Below are positions 1 to 10,500 of a stretch of 64,000 nt of DNA, in pieces (within the stretch, counting starts at the first letter, position 1; the number at the start of each line of letters is the position of its first letter). The position numbers were made by a program, and so were the translations under genes. The notes beneath the pieces were generated by a model. That model ran no database searches. It worked only from the letters and a program-made list of their open reading frames with translations, and was not told where the DNA came from. This DNA comes from Peptostreptococcales bacterium. Lineage in GTDB: Bacteria > Bacillota > Clostridia > Peptostreptococcales > Anaerovoracaceae. The DNA is taken from the NCBI GenBank assembly GCA_038248745.1, contig JBBRXC010000001.1, forward strand, positions 264 through 64,263, given 5' to 3'.

Positions 1-355
1 GAAAAGCAAACCCAAGTTGCTTAATATCCGCATTTGCTGCCATTTTTTCTCCAAATACGCCATTTTGTATCAGCCATGTCATTGCTATTGAGTACCAAAA
101 AAATGCGAATGCACCAAATGCAGTAGCGCCAAAAGTATTGTTTATCTTGGCATCAATAATGGATGCATAAATTTGAGCTGTTGCGCCCAAAAAAATAACC
201 CACGGGATGATTAAGGAAGTACCTTCTGTAATTCCAAGTTTTTGCGTGCATGCAACTAAAGTTACCATAGCAAGCCCAAATAATCCGATAGCTGAAGGGT
301 TTGCCATTACTGGCTTTACGCTGGTAACAGCTTCGTTTGATAAGTGTTCTGACAT
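1..355 (-). CDS. GPR1/FUN34/YaaH-family acetate/succinate transporter-like membrane protein (3' end lies beyond the window)
   Basis: Not in the ORF track because it runs off the window. My translation from ATG at 355 (RBS GGAG about 8 nt upstream) reads MSEHLSNEAVTSVKPVMANPSAIGLFGLAMVTLVACTQKLGITEG... ANPSAIGLFGL resembles the NPxPLGLxGF signature of this family, and several TM-like segments follow. It replaces the out-of-frame track ORF 153..380. Confidence 0.55.
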   Translation of the reverse strand, partial: MSEHLSNEAVTSVKPVMANPSAIGLFGLAMVTLVACTQKLGITEGTSLIIPWVIFLGATAQIYASIIDAKINNTFGATAFGAFAFFWYSIAMTWLIQNGVFGEKMAANADIKQLGFAF

Positions 356-442
356 TAAAATCTCCTTTCAGAAATAACAAAATTAATAAAACCGCACTTT
401 GGAATTATATATTAGGTTGTGTCAAAAGGCAACACAATTCAG

Positions 443-495
443 TCTCTAAAATCGTGTTTATTTATCGATACAAAAGGAAACACGATCTTTAGAGA
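443..495. repeat. Long inverted repeat in the 5' region of the transporter-like gene
   Basis: TCTCTAAAATCGTGTTT (443-459) pairs with AAACACGATCTTTAGAGA (478-495) with one bulge and an 18-nt spacer. No T-run follows on either strand. Confidence 0.6.
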
Positions 496-595
496 TAAAA
501 TATTCCACTCCCACTTTTACACTTCCTATATCAAAACTATATCCATATATTCGAATAGCACCTTTAAATTCGCATGCTCATTCTTTTAAAACCTC

Positions 596-629
596 AAAAC
601 ACCTGTGGATAACTATCCACAGGTGTTTT
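596..629. terminator. Bidirectional intrinsic terminator hairpin (stem carries TGTGGATAA / TATCCACA)
   Basis: Perfect 16-bp inverted repeat AAAACACCTGTGGATA / TATCCACAGGTGTTTT. The A- and T-runs are built into the ends, with TTTTATCTT after it on the plus strand. It lies downstream of the minus-strand gene 748..2337. Confidence 0.65.
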
Positions 630-681
630 ATCTTGCAATTTCAATATGAAGAGCCTTTTCAACCCTTTACAATCAGGCTTG

Positions 682-744
682 AAGCCCATTATGGGCTGCC
701 TATATTAGGCTTCAAGCCCAATGTCGGATGCTTATAATGGGCTT
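682..744. repeat. REP/REPIN-like doublet: degenerate inverted copy (682-712) plus a perfect 31-nt copy (714-744)
   Basis: AAGCCCAATGTCGGATGCTTATAATGGGCTT at 714-744 is identical to the copies at 33092-33122 and 61935-61965. The left half shares only the first 11 nt of the inverted form. The repeat ends 3 nt from the stop codon of the 748..2337 gene. Confidence 0.85.
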
Positions 745-747
745 TGT

Positions 748-2337
748 TTAGGCGTACGAATCCAGTTTCCATGATTTTTTAAGGTATTTCTTAAATACCT
801 CCAATACGCTGACAGGATCATCTATATAATAGGAGCGCGCAATATTGCCGTTGGCATCCCGGTCTGCTCCATCCCACCATATAGCCACCTTAATATTCGA
901 ATAATACTTGATATTTTCAAACATGCTGGAAACCCATTGGGTTTTATCGCCTCCAAGGTTTGCTGAACCAAATTCAGAAATCATTAATGGCTGGCCAAAA
1001 TTTCTGTAATATTCATTATACAAATTGGCGTAAAGTTCTTGAAATTCTTGCCATTTTTCCCCTGTTGAAGCGTAATATGTTCCGGTATTGTAGGCCGTTA
1101 ATCCAACAACATCTACATATTCATCTCCTGGGTAATACATTAAAGTGTCATTCCATTTAAAATTAGGAAAGGACTCTGCGTTAGGATTCCAAACCCATAT
1201 TGTATTTTCAACACCTGCCTCCTCAAATATACTGTAAACGTATCGGTAAAACTCTTTAAATACCATAGGGTCTCTTGACGTATTATAACCCGCATACGGG
1301 CACCAGTCCCCGTTCATTTCATTACCAAGCCGGAAGATTACAGGGTGCCCAAAATCTTTAATGGTCAATGCATAGTCTCTCAGAAATTCATCGTACTTCC
1401 CTGAAAGTACATCATAGACCATATTTCCTGTTCCTTTTGCCTTCCAATTTGTCTGAAGGGTAAGCTCCATGGTTTTACCATTATCATAAGCGGTATCAAG
1501 TCTGAGTTTCAAATTTGGATGCTTATAAGTGTTCTCAAACTCGCTGTAGTTTAGAATAATCGGGAAATTGTAATTGGTGTAATTTTCTAATTGATTTAGC
1601 TGCTCATAATTAAACATCGCCGTGTTTGGTTCAAAAATACCCCAGGTTAAAGGCGCGGATTCAGAAAAGTATTTGATGAAAAAATCACTCGTCTCCTGAT
1701 TCCAGTTTTTTGTTTCCAGGTTTACAGGGGCTGATTTATAGGTAAAAGGGGCTTTTGTTGGCTGAAATGTATAGAATTTATCTAACAGATATTCATATCC
1801 GCCAAGATTTCCGATTGGCTTATTTGCCTTCACAAATATTGTATAGACAAAACCATTCTCTGATATGTCAAGAACCAGATAGTAATTTTTATCATTATTC
1901 ACCCTTGAAAGTTTAGCTCTATTCCATGATAATATATGGACTTGTCTACCTGCTATGGTCTGGTTTCCATTGTACTCTACTTTGTGATCCGCAGTATTTT
2001 CGATAAATTTATTAGAATAATTAATATATCCAGCTTTGCTAGTCCCAGTAAGCGGCTGTTTGAAAATTTCTATTCTCTTCTCATTATTTTCTAAAACAGT
2101 GTAAACGCTGGAATAAGACATGTCAACACTCATTCCTTTATCAACCTGCAAACTATATCCATCTACATTATTACTAAAAATATTCATAGTATCTGCTGCA
2201 TATAAATTATATAATCCTTCCGGCTGTTCCAGTTTAACCTCTTCATTGCTCAAAGCATATGCTGAAGTTGTCATGGGGGATATTAAGAGAGCAATGATAA
2301 TAACAGCTATAATTTTTCTCAATTCGTTTTCTCCCAT
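748..2337 (-). CDS. Secreted glycoside hydrolase, GH26-like C-terminal domain with an unknown N-terminal domain
   Basis: 529-aa ORF with a signal-like N-terminus (IAVIIIALLISPMTTSAYA). The C-terminal half has FRLGNEMNGDW, WVWNPN and LMISEFGS, which resemble the GH26 acid/base and nucleophile Glu motifs. Confidence 0.5.
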   Translation of the reverse strand: MGENELRKIIAVIIIALLISPMTTSAYALSNEEVKLEQPEGLYNLYAADTMNIFSNNVDGYSLQVDKGMSVDMSYSSVYTVLENNEKRIEIFKQPLTGTSKAGYINYSNKFIENTADHKVEYNGNQTIAGRQVHILSWNRAKLSRVNNDKNYYLVLDISENGFVYTIFVKANKPIGNLGGYEYLLDKFYTFQPTKAPFTYKSAPVNLETKNWNQETSDFFIKYFSESAPLTWGIFEPNTAMFNYEQLNQLENYTNYNFPIILNYSEFENTYKHPNLKLRLDTAYDNGKTMELTLQTNWKAKGTGNMVYDVLSGKYDEFLRDYALTIKDFGHPVIFRLGNEMNGDWCPYAGYNTSRDPMVFKEFYRYVYSIFEEAGVENTIWVWNPNAESFPNFKWNDTLMYYPGDEYVDVVGLTAYNTGTYYASTGEKWQEFQELYANLYNEYYRNFGQPLMISEFGSANLGGDKTQWVSSMFENIKYYSNIKVAIWWDGADRDANGNIARSYYIDDPVSVLEVFKKYLKKSWKLDSYA

Positions 2338-2339
2338 CT

Positions 2340-2858
2340 TTAATTTTCTATACCGACTCTGGCGTTCACGCCATCAGTATAATAATGTTTGATTTCTTTC
2401 ATTTCAGTCACCAAGTCCGCCCTGTCAATGATTTCTTTTGGGGCGTTTCTTCCGGTTAGAATAAGCTCGGTTGTTTCCCTTTTTAAATTGATTACATCAA
2501 TAACTTCTTCAACCTTTAGGAGCTTAAAAAATAAAGCCGTATTTATTTCATCAAATACAATAACGTCATATTCTCCCGATGCTACAACTTCCTTCATTCT
2601 TAAAAGACCCTTTTCTGCATCAGCTATATCTTTTGCTGTAGGCTCGCCGTGTAAAAACTCAACACCGCCAAATTGTTCCATTTTAAGGCCGGGCAAAAAA
2701 TCTACCGCTTTTAATTCGCTGTAATCCTGGCCCTTCATAAACTGTCCCATAAATGCCTTATTCCCTGCACATATCGTTCGTAATACCAGGCCTAACGCCG
2801 CCGTCGTCTTTCCCTTCCCGTTTCCCGTGTACACTTGTACATATCCTTTTTCCAACAT
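2340..2858 (-). CDS. cobO: Cob(I)yrinic acid a,c-diamide adenosyltransferase
   Basis: 172 aa. KGYVQVYTGNGKGKTTAALG P-loop and length are typical of CobO/BtuR. ATG at 2858 is preceded by GGAGG. Confidence 0.85.
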   Translation of the reverse strand: MLEKGYVQVYTGNGKGKTTAALGLVLRTICAGNKAFMGQFMKGQDYSELKAVDFLPGLKMEQFGGVEFLHGEPTAKDIADAEKGLLRMKEVVASGEYDVIVFDEINTALFFKLLKVEEVIDVINLKRETTELILTGRNAPKEIIDRADLVTEMKEIKHYYTDGVNARVGIEN

Positions 2859-2904
2859 TAAACAATCCTCCTATCAATCTCTCGCCATTTACAAATACCC
2901 AATA

Positions 2905-4422
2905 CTACTTCGCATATTTTTTTGCAATTGCTTCGGCTATTTTGATACCATCTACTGCTGCAGAAGTGATCCCGCCTGAATAACCGGCTCCTTCTCCACA
3001 GGGATAAATTCCTTTTATTGTCCCTTGGAAATCCTCATTTCTTTCAATTCTTACTGGAGAAGAACTCCTTGTTTCCACCGCACTTAATACGGCATCTGGG
3101 GTATCAAAACCTCTAAGCTTTCTTCCCATAAATGGAACAGCCTCTAAGATGGACGCTATTGCAAAATCTGGAAGTGATGCTCTCACACCAACGCCGCCCC
3201 CCTTATTTTTAATAAACTCTCCAAGAGAACATTTCGGTGCCTTGTATCTTTCACCAGCCACCTTGAATGCTAATTTTTCATATTTCTCCTGAAAATAAAT
3301 TCCTGCAAGTGGATCTTCAGATTCAAAGTCTTCAGTTCTCACGTCCACCAAAAGACCACTGTTTGCATTTTTAGCGTCTCTGGCATTGTTGCTCATGCCA
3401 TTTATTACTACAGTGCCTTCACTGGAAGATGTTACAATAACTTCTCCACCAGGACACATACAGAAGGTGTAAACGCCTCTTCCATTTTTACATTGATGCG
3501 ACAGTTTATATTCTGCTGCCCCAAGTCCTTCAACGTCTCCATACTGGGATTTGTTGATCAATGTCTGCAGGTGTTCGATTCTTACCCCGATGGAAAATGG
3601 TTTCTGAGACATTTTCAATCCCAGCTGATTTAAATATTTAAAGGTATCCCTAGCACTGTGACCAATGGCCAAAATCAGGGTTTCTGTTTCTATCACTTCA
3701 TTGTTATTGACTTCTACTGCATATACTTCTCCGTTTGCCACTTTTACTCCGGTTACTTTTGACTCAAATCTTATTTCTCCACCCAGGCTTATGATTTTTT
3801 TCCTAAGATTTACCACAACACCCCTAAGCAGATCTGTTCCAATATGCGGTTTTTGTTTGTATAGAATTTCTTCTCCACTGCCTGCTTTTGCAAATTCGTT
3901 CAGCACTTTTCCGATTCTCTTATCTTTGATCTGCGTTGTAAGCTTGCCGTCTGAAAATGTTCCTGCTCCTCCTTCACCAAATTGAGGATTTGATTCTGAA
4001 TCTAAAATTCCATCGTTCCATAAATTTTCCACATCTGTTATTCTTTGATCCATGGCTTTTCCACGCTCTAGCACAAGGGGTTTATATCCCATCTCAGCAA
4101 GAATTAAAGCAGAAAAAATTCCAGCAGGTCCAAACCCAACAATAACAAGTCTGTTCTTCATCTCCTCTGTTCCCTTTTCAACATATTCATATTCCATGGA
4201 TTTTGGTTGATCCAGTTTCAATTCAATTTCTGGATTGTCAATTGAAAAGTCAACACTGTAAACAAATTTAATATCACCCTTGTCTCTGGCATCGATAGAT
4301 TCCTTCACAATTCTATATTCTGTAATCTGAAGCTCCGGTTTTCCTAATTTGCTGATAATCCTGGCAGGAATATTACTTTTATCCTCATCAATATTTAATT
4401 TTATTTCGTGAATTCTATACAT
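2905..4422 (-). CDS. FAD-dependent oxidoreductase (COG2509-type, function unknown)
   Basis: 505 aa. Rossmann dinucleotide motif VIVGFGPAGIFSALILAEMGYKPLVLERG after a roughly 90-aa N-terminal domain, plus a C-terminal GEGAGYSGGI motif. Confidence 0.7.
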   Translation of the reverse strand: MYRIHEIKLNIDEDKSNIPARIISKLGKPELQITEYRIVKESIDARDKGDIKFVYSVDFSIDNPEIELKLDQPKSMEYEYVEKGTEEMKNRLVIVGFGPAGIFSALILAEMGYKPLVLERGKAMDQRITDVENLWNDGILDSESNPQFGEGGAGTFSDGKLTTQIKDKRIGKVLNEFAKAGSGEEILYKQKPHIGTDLLRGVVVNLRKKIISLGGEIRFESKVTGVKVANGEVYAVEVNNNEVIETETLILAIGHSARDTFKYLNQLGLKMSQKPFSIGVRIEHLQTLINKSQYGDVEGLGAAEYKLSHQCKNGRGVYTFCMCPGGEVIVTSSSEGTVVINGMSNNARDAKNANSGLLVDVRTEDFESEDPLAGIYFQEKYEKLAFKVAGERYKAPKCSLGEFIKNKGGGVGVRASLPDFAIASILEAVPFMGRKLRGFDTPDAVLSAVETRSSSPVRIERNEDFQGTIKGIYPCGEGAGYSGGITSAAVDGIKIAEAIAKKYAK

Positions 4423-4423
4423 T

Positions 4424-5611
4424 TTATATTCCCTTTACAATATTGTGGCCAGCTTTGATCCCATTCAACCATGCATTTTGAAGATTATATCCTCCACAAG
4501 GTCCGTCGTAATCAATGATCTCGCCACCAAAGAACAACCCTTTCACAAGTTTTGATTCCATAGTATCTATATTTATTTCTTCTAAATCAACGCCGCCGCT
4601 TGTGCATTGCGCCTCTTTCCAGCCTTTTGCACCTGTCACTGTGAATGCCAGGGCTTTTACAGATTCACTGAGTTTTTTCATCTCGAGTGCAGTAATCTCT
4701 GAAACATTTCTTTCTTTTCTGCCTAACACTCTTTCATAAACAAACTTGGCAAGTTTTTTATTCAATATTGAATGCAGCATCACGGGTGCTTCCTCGTCTG
4801 GCATTATTTTTTGTTTTTGCAACAAATAATCTGTAAGCATCTGCACAGACGTTTCCGGGACAAAATCCAGCGTAATGGTATATTCCCTAAAGCCGATATC
4901 CAATTTGATTCCCTCTTCGATTTTTATCAAACGGCTCAAATTAAAGATACATATTCCTGAAAGTCCCTGATCGGTAAACTGTATCTCGCCTTTTTCAATC
5001 GCCTGAAGATTTCCCTTTTTTAGAAGTGCTGCTGTTCCTTTTGACCTGACGCCCTTTATAGTATTGAATTCGCCTTCACAAATAACCGGCATCAACGTTG
5101 GTGCAAGTTTTGTTACATGATGTCCAAGATTCTTTGCAAACCGATACCCGTCGCCTGTTGACCCAAACTGAGGTGCCGCTTTCCCTCCCGTTGTAATGGC
5201 AATTCTGTCTGCAAATATAGGGTCCCCTTTTCTTAGGTTTATTTTAAATTCATCCTCTAATTTTTCTATACTTTCAACTTCCATATTTAATTTCTTGCTG
5301 ATTCCAAGCCTATCAATTTCTCTTTCAAAAGCTTCCACTACAGCGTTTGCCTGTTCGGAATACGGATAAAGTCTTCCTTCCTCCTCTTTTCTAATCATGA
5401 GCCCTACTGATTCAAATAAAAGTAATACTGAAGCAATCTCTTCTCCATTTATATTGGAAATATTGCATTTTCCATTGCCTGTTGCTAAAATTTTTTTACC
5501 TAAGCTGCTGTTTTTTTCTATTATTTCAACTTGTGCCTGCGGGTTTTCTCGTGCTGCTTCAATGGCCAAACTTATTCCTGCAGCGCCTCCCCCTATTATT
5601 ACAACCTTCAA
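4424..5611 (-). CDS. HI0933/YhiN (BaiN-like) family flavoprotein
   Basis: 395 aa. MKVVIIGGGAAGISLAIEAA FAD motif and C-terminal GGEIIDYDGPCGGYNLQNAW, typical of the aminoacetone-oxidase-like HI0933 family. Confidence 0.7.
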   Translation of the reverse strand: MKVVIIGGGAAGISLAIEAARENPQAQVEIIEKNSSLGKKILATGNGKCNISNINGEEIASVLLLFESVGLMIRKEEEGRLYPYSEQANAVVEAFEREIDRLGISKKLNMEVESIEKLEDEFKINLRKGDPIFADRIAITTGGKAAPQFGSTGDGYRFAKNLGHHVTKLAPTLMPVICEGEFNTIKGVRSKGTAALLKKGNLQAIEKGEIQFTDQGLSGICIFNLSRLIKIEEGIKLDIGFREYTITLDFVPETSVQMLTDYLLQKQKIMPDEEAPVMLHSILNKKLAKFVYERVLGRKERNVSEITALEMKKLSESVKALAFTVTGAKGWKEAQCTSGGVDLEEINIDTMESKLVKGLFFGGEIIDYDGPCGGYNLQNAWLNGIKAGHNIVKGI

Positions 5612-5747
5612 AATTTCTACCTCGCATCACTGGTTTTCCATTAAAAACACATTAATATATTATATCATATAAATATGTTATTGCCATTAAAGAGTTTTGT
5701 GGTATTATATTAAAATACGCTTTTGTAAAATTTAGATTGGTGAATAA

Positions 5748-6593
5748 ATGTTTAAAGTAATAAAATTTATATTAAAGTCATTTCTTCTGGTTGCTTTAAT
5801 TCTGGCAGGTTTATTTATTTATGCCAGATTTATCGAGCCAAATATTTTAGTGGAGAAAGATGTAAAAATTTCTTCTCCTTATGTTTCAGAAAGCGCAAAT
5901 AATTTAAAGATTGCCGTTTTCTCCGACACCCATTTCAGCGATGATTACGACTTAAAAGATTTTCAAAAAGTCATGGATAGCATAGAAAAAAATAAGCCTG
6001 ATTTCGTTTTTTTCACAGGTGATTTGTTTGATCACCTGGATACTTATGATCGTAAGACGGATAAAATTTCTGAAGCGCTCAAATCCATAAAAGCACCGCT
6101 AGGGAAATATGCCATTTTTGGAAATCACGACTATGGTGGTGGTGCTGAAAATGAATATGAGAAAATCTTAAGTGCGGGCGGATTTAAAGTTCTCAAAAAT
6201 CAGTATTTCGCCTTGGATTCTTATAAGATTTCAATTATTGGCATTGATGACTTTATGATTGGCTATGGGGATATATCAAAAGCCACATGGGCAAGAGAGG
6301 ATTACTTTAATATTCTACTGTGTCATGAACCGGATGTTATAGATTCAATTTTAGATTACAATATTGATTTGATGGTTTCAGGCCACACCCACGGAGGACA
6401 AATACACCTTCCTGGCTTCTCTGAGGAGTTTCTTCCACCCTATGGGAAAAATTATGTAAAAGGGTTATTTGAATTCAACAATTCCAGATTGACAAAACTT
6501 TACGTCAACCCTGGACTCGGAACCACTAAAATCCCTTTAAGATTCCTTTCTAAGCCCGAAATCACTTACATAACCATCACTCCTCAAATTTAG
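5748..6593 (+). CDS. Membrane-anchored metallophosphoesterase (YkuE-like)
   Basis: 281 aa. N-terminal TM segment followed by the calcineurin-like motifs DTHF, GDLFD, GNHDY and GHTHGGQ. Confidence 0.8.
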   Translation: MFKVIKFILKSFLLVALILAGLFIYARFIEPNILVEKDVKISSPYVSESANNLKIAVFSDTHFSDDYDLKDFQKVMDSIEKNKPDFVFFTGDLFDHLDTYDRKTDKISEALKSIKAPLGKYAIFGNHDYGGGAENEYEKILSAGGFKVLKNQYFALDSYKISIIGIDDFMIGYGDISKATWAREDYFNILLCHEPDVIDSILDYNIDLMVSGHTHGGQIHLPGFSEEFLPPYGKNYVKGLFEFNNSRLTKLYVNPGLGTTKIPLRFLSKPEITYITITPQI

Positions 6594-7117
6594 AGAAAAT
6601 GTTTTTTCTTATGGGGCATATTAATCCCAATGACCAGAACATTTGCTCCCTGTATAATAAAAGAGGTTCCTACCAGCAACACAATTGCCAAGCCCAAAGT
6701 GATTGGATTTATAAATGCATAAAGTCCTAGGATTGATGCCAGAATGCCAAAAGTCAGTGTCCAGTGCCAAGCCTTTTCCTTTAATTTTCTCAATTGAAAG
6801 GCTGCAACTATTCTAAGGCACCCTGAGAACAGCAACCACATGCCAAAGAAAATCCCCACCATTGCATCTAGCACAATCTGGTTTGAAAGTACAATACAGC
6901 CAAGGATAAACGTTAAAATAGATTCTGCTATAACCCATCCACCTTCTGGATTTCTGTTTTTCTCAGTAAAATAATTAACCGACCCGGCTAATCCAGCGAT
7001 CATCATTACGATACCAAGAATAAAAGCGAGGGACAAAAAGCTGGCGCCAGGATTTGCAAAGCACCAAACTCCTGCTATCAGCATAAAAAGTCCCGATATA
7101 ATAGTTAGTATTCTCAT
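6590..7117 (-). CDS. HdeD/DUF308-family membrane protein
   Basis: 175 aa with six TM-like segments and repeated G/I-rich DUF308-like units. Convergent 4-nt overlap with the preceding gene. Confidence 0.55.
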   Translation of the reverse strand: MRILTIISGLFMLIAGVWCFANPGASFLSLAFILGIVMMIAGLAGSVNYFTEKNRNPEGGWVIAESILTFILGCIVLSNQIVLDAMVGIFFGMWLLFSGCLRIVAAFQLRKLKEKAWHWTLTFGILASILGLYAFINPITLGLAIVLLVGTSFIIQGANVLVIGINMPHKKKHFL

Positions 7118-7133
7118 TTATTTTCCTCCTGAT

Positions 7134-7514
7134 TTACTCTGCTGGTATCACGATGACATCGGCATTTTTCTTGATTCTTTCACTGAACAAAGCGATAAAA
7201 TTATTTTCAGCATTGTTCTCTCCTGATTGACCAAGGACCACCTTGGTTATTTTGTTTTTTTCTACTAATTCAACCAGTGTGTCCAATACATGATTTGAGC
7301 GGACTACGGTTAAATTTGCTCCAAACTCCAACGCTTTTTCATATAAGTACTCCAATGCTTCCCCTTCTTCCGAATTTCCCAGGAATTTGAAATTATAATG
7401 AGCTACATGAATGATGAATAATTCACCTTTGCTTTTCCCTAATAATTCATGTCCGTATTTTATTAACCTGTCACATGTTCTCTGCTGAGTAACACACACC
7501 ATAACATTTTTCAT
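7134..7514 (-). CDS. Universal stress protein (USP)-like domain protein
   Basis: The track ORF extends to 7562. ATG at 7514 (MKNVMVCVTQQ...) follows GGAGGAAAT and avoids overlapping the dnaE stop at 7531. The fold-level pattern resembles USP/KdpD-USP domains. Confidence 0.55.
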   Translation of the reverse strand: MKNVMVCVTQQRTCDRLIKYGHELLGKSKGELFIIHVAHYNFKFLGNSEEGEALEYLYEKALEFGANLTVVRSNHVLDTLVELVEKNKITKVVLGQSGENNAENNFIALFSERIKKNADVIVIPAE

Positions 7515-7530
7515 ATTTCCTCCTTTTGTT

Positions 7531-10500
7531 TTAATCCTGCAAAATAAATCCGATGTCTTCAAGTTCTGTTTTTAACAAAGAACCTGGGCTCACCCAAAGA
7601 TCTTTGCTTGCCTTGAATTTTTTCCCTGTTCTATCTATTTTAATAACAACCGGCGTATTTCCTTTATGTGCGGTTAAAACTTCTTTCAACGCTGAAAATG
7701 CTTCAATCTCATTTAAATCTTCCGGTATACTGATTTTCAAAGATGGTGTAGTCAACGTTTCATCTATTAAACCTATATCAAATATTTTTTCTGCCATTAG
7801 TTTTGGTTGCTCATCTTCTTTAAAGTTGATGGTCCCCTTTACCACAACCACATTATCCTCTTTTATACTTTGAATGCATCTTTCATAAACTTTTGGAAAT
7901 ACAATGACTTCAACAATGCCATAAAGATCTTCAAGGTCAATAAATGCCATCTGCTTGTTGCTTTTTGTCACCAGGATTTTCTTGCCACTTATAATACCCG
8001 CCATCGTGACTTTCATGCCATCTACAATATGTTCGTTTATTTCCAAGTGAGACAGTTCCTCTGAGGTAATGGTTGCAATTTTTTCAATCCGGTCTTCATA
8101 ATCTTTTAAAGGGTGTCCTGTAATGTATACGCCTAGCATCTCCTTCTCCAAGGCAATCAACGTATCTTTCGAAAAATTTGACACCTGTGGGAGCACAGAG
8201 GCGGCGCCTGGTGCAGACATTTCGTCAATATTTATCTGGAATAATGACAATTGACCTTGAATATTTTTTCTATTATTGTTTTGAGCTGATTCTATCAGTT
8301 TTTCATAAACTGCCATAAGCTGTGCTCTATTTTCATTAATGCAATCAAATGCGCCAGCCTTAATAAGGCTTTCGAAAGCTTTTTTGTTTACTTCCTGGAT
8401 ATCGATGTTGTTGATAAACTGAAAAATGTCATTTGGAACGCCTTTCTCATTTCGCATTTTAATAATGGCATTAATAACACCTTCCCCTACATTCTTGACC
8501 CCAAGAAGACCAAATCTTATTTCTTCACCTACAACGGTAAATTTTTTATTACTTCCTGCCACACATGGGGGCAGTACTTGGATTTGCATTTCATTACAAT
8601 TTCTAATATATTTTGCAATCTGTGCCGAATCCCCTATCACGCTGGTCATAAGGGCCGCCATAAACTCAACAGGATAATAAGCCTTTAGATAAGCTGTCTC
8701 ATAAGCGATCACAGCATAGGCTGCAGCATGGGACTTGTTAAAGGCATATTCTGCAAAACTGATCATCTGGCCAAAAATTTCTTTCGCCACCGCAGGGGAC
8801 AGTTGCTTATTTTCCACCGCACCCTTAATAAAATGTTCCTGTTCTTCTAGCATGACGTCCATTTTTTTCTTGCTCATGGCTCTTCTTACAAGGTCACTTC
8901 TTCCATAGGAATATCCTGCCAAATCCCTGACAATCTGCATCACTTGCTCCTGATATACAAGACAGCCGTAAGTAACCGATAGGATCGGCTCCAAACTTTC
9001 ATGCAAATATTTTATATTCTTTGGATTTTTCTTGTTTTCAATATAAGTAGGGATTGAATTCATCGGCCCTGGTCTGTACAGAGAAATTCCAGCAACAATA
9101 TCTTCAAAGCAGTCAGGCTTCAGGTTCTTCATGAATTGAGTCATTCCGCCGCTTTCCAACTGAAAAACACCTTGTGTATTTCCGGAACTTATTAATTCAT
9201 AAACCTTCGGATCATCATAATCCATCTTTGAAAAATTGATTTTTCGCCCATGATTTTCCTCTATTAATTCTAGTGCATCTCTAATAACCGTTAAATTTCT
9301 AAGACCCAAAAAGTCCATCTTTAGCAGGCCCAATTCCTCAATGGTATTCATGGTAAACTGGGTCGAAATCCCTTTATCAGAAAGATACAAAGGAACATAT
9401 TCGTTGATATTTTTTTTAGAAATGACAACGCCGGCCGCATGTGTTGATGCATGTCTTGACAACCCTTCAAGAGCTTTTGCCATATCCAGCACCTTCGCGA
9501 TATTCTTGTCCTTTTCATACATGGCTTTTAGTTCAGGATTCAACGCCATCGCTTTTGAAATTGTCATTTTTAACTCAAATGGAATGGCTTTTGCAATGGC
9601 GTCAACCTCGCTATAGCCCATATTTAAAGCTCTTCCTACATCTCTGATGGCCGCTTTTGCTTTCATCGTGCCAAAAGTGATGATTTGAGCGACCTTATCC
9701 TCACCATATTTTTCAATGACGTAATTAATGACCTCCTGCCGTCTTTCATAGCAAAAATCTATGTCGATATCAGGCATACTTATTCTTTCAGGGTTTAAAA
9801 AACGTTCAAAAATAAGACCGTATTTAATGGGATCTATATCTGTTATGTTAAGTGCATAGGCAATGATGCTGCCTGCAGCAGACCCTCTACCAGGGCCAAC
9901 CATTATACCATTTTGTTTAGCATAGTGAATAAAATCCCAGACAATCAGGAAGTATTCTATATAGCCCATTTTTATGATGGTTGCCAGTTCATATTCAAAT
10001 CTATCTTTAAGTTCTTGACTCAACTCCCCATATCGGTCATCAAGTCCAGCCTCACATAATTCTCTTAAGTACGCCTCATTTGTTTTGCCTGAAGGTGATA
10101 CAAAATCAGGCAGGTGGAGCTTCCCAAATGTAAAGTCCACATTACAGGCTTCCGCAATAACGGCAGTATTACTGATAGCTTCTGGAAATTTGGCAAATAT
10201 TTTTTCCATTTCTGTTCCAGATTTCAAATAAAACTGATCATTTGGAAATCTCATTCGTTTTTCGTCATCCACATTTGTTGCCGTTTGAATGCAAAGAAGG
10301 ATATCATGGGCTTCTGCATCTTCCTGTCTCACATAATGAACGTCATTCGTCGCAACAAAAGGAATACCTGTTTCCAAGTGGAGTCGTTCCATATCAGGTA
10401 AAATGGTCAATTCTTCTTCAAGCCCCTGGTCCTGAAGCTCTAAATAGAAGTTCCCTTCCCCAAATATATCTAAAAGTTCCAACGCTTCTTCTTTGGCTCC

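Noticed and set aside
153-380. 75-aa track ORF
   Set aside because: It is out of frame with a better reading: ATG at 355 with a GGAG RBS gives a GPR1/FUN34/YaaH-like membrane protein that runs to the window edge.
604-621. Perfect and near-perfect DnaA boxes (TGTGGATAA/CTATCCACA here, also at 32880-32888, 33024-33032 and 62007-62029) as a replication origin
   Set aside because: No dnaA, dnaN or AT-rich unwinding element is nearby. The boxes are the stems of hairpins placed at gene 3' ends, with flanking T-runs. They are scattered over 60 kb rather than clustered, and gene orientation does not switch around them. They are better explained as terminator or repeat-element modules.
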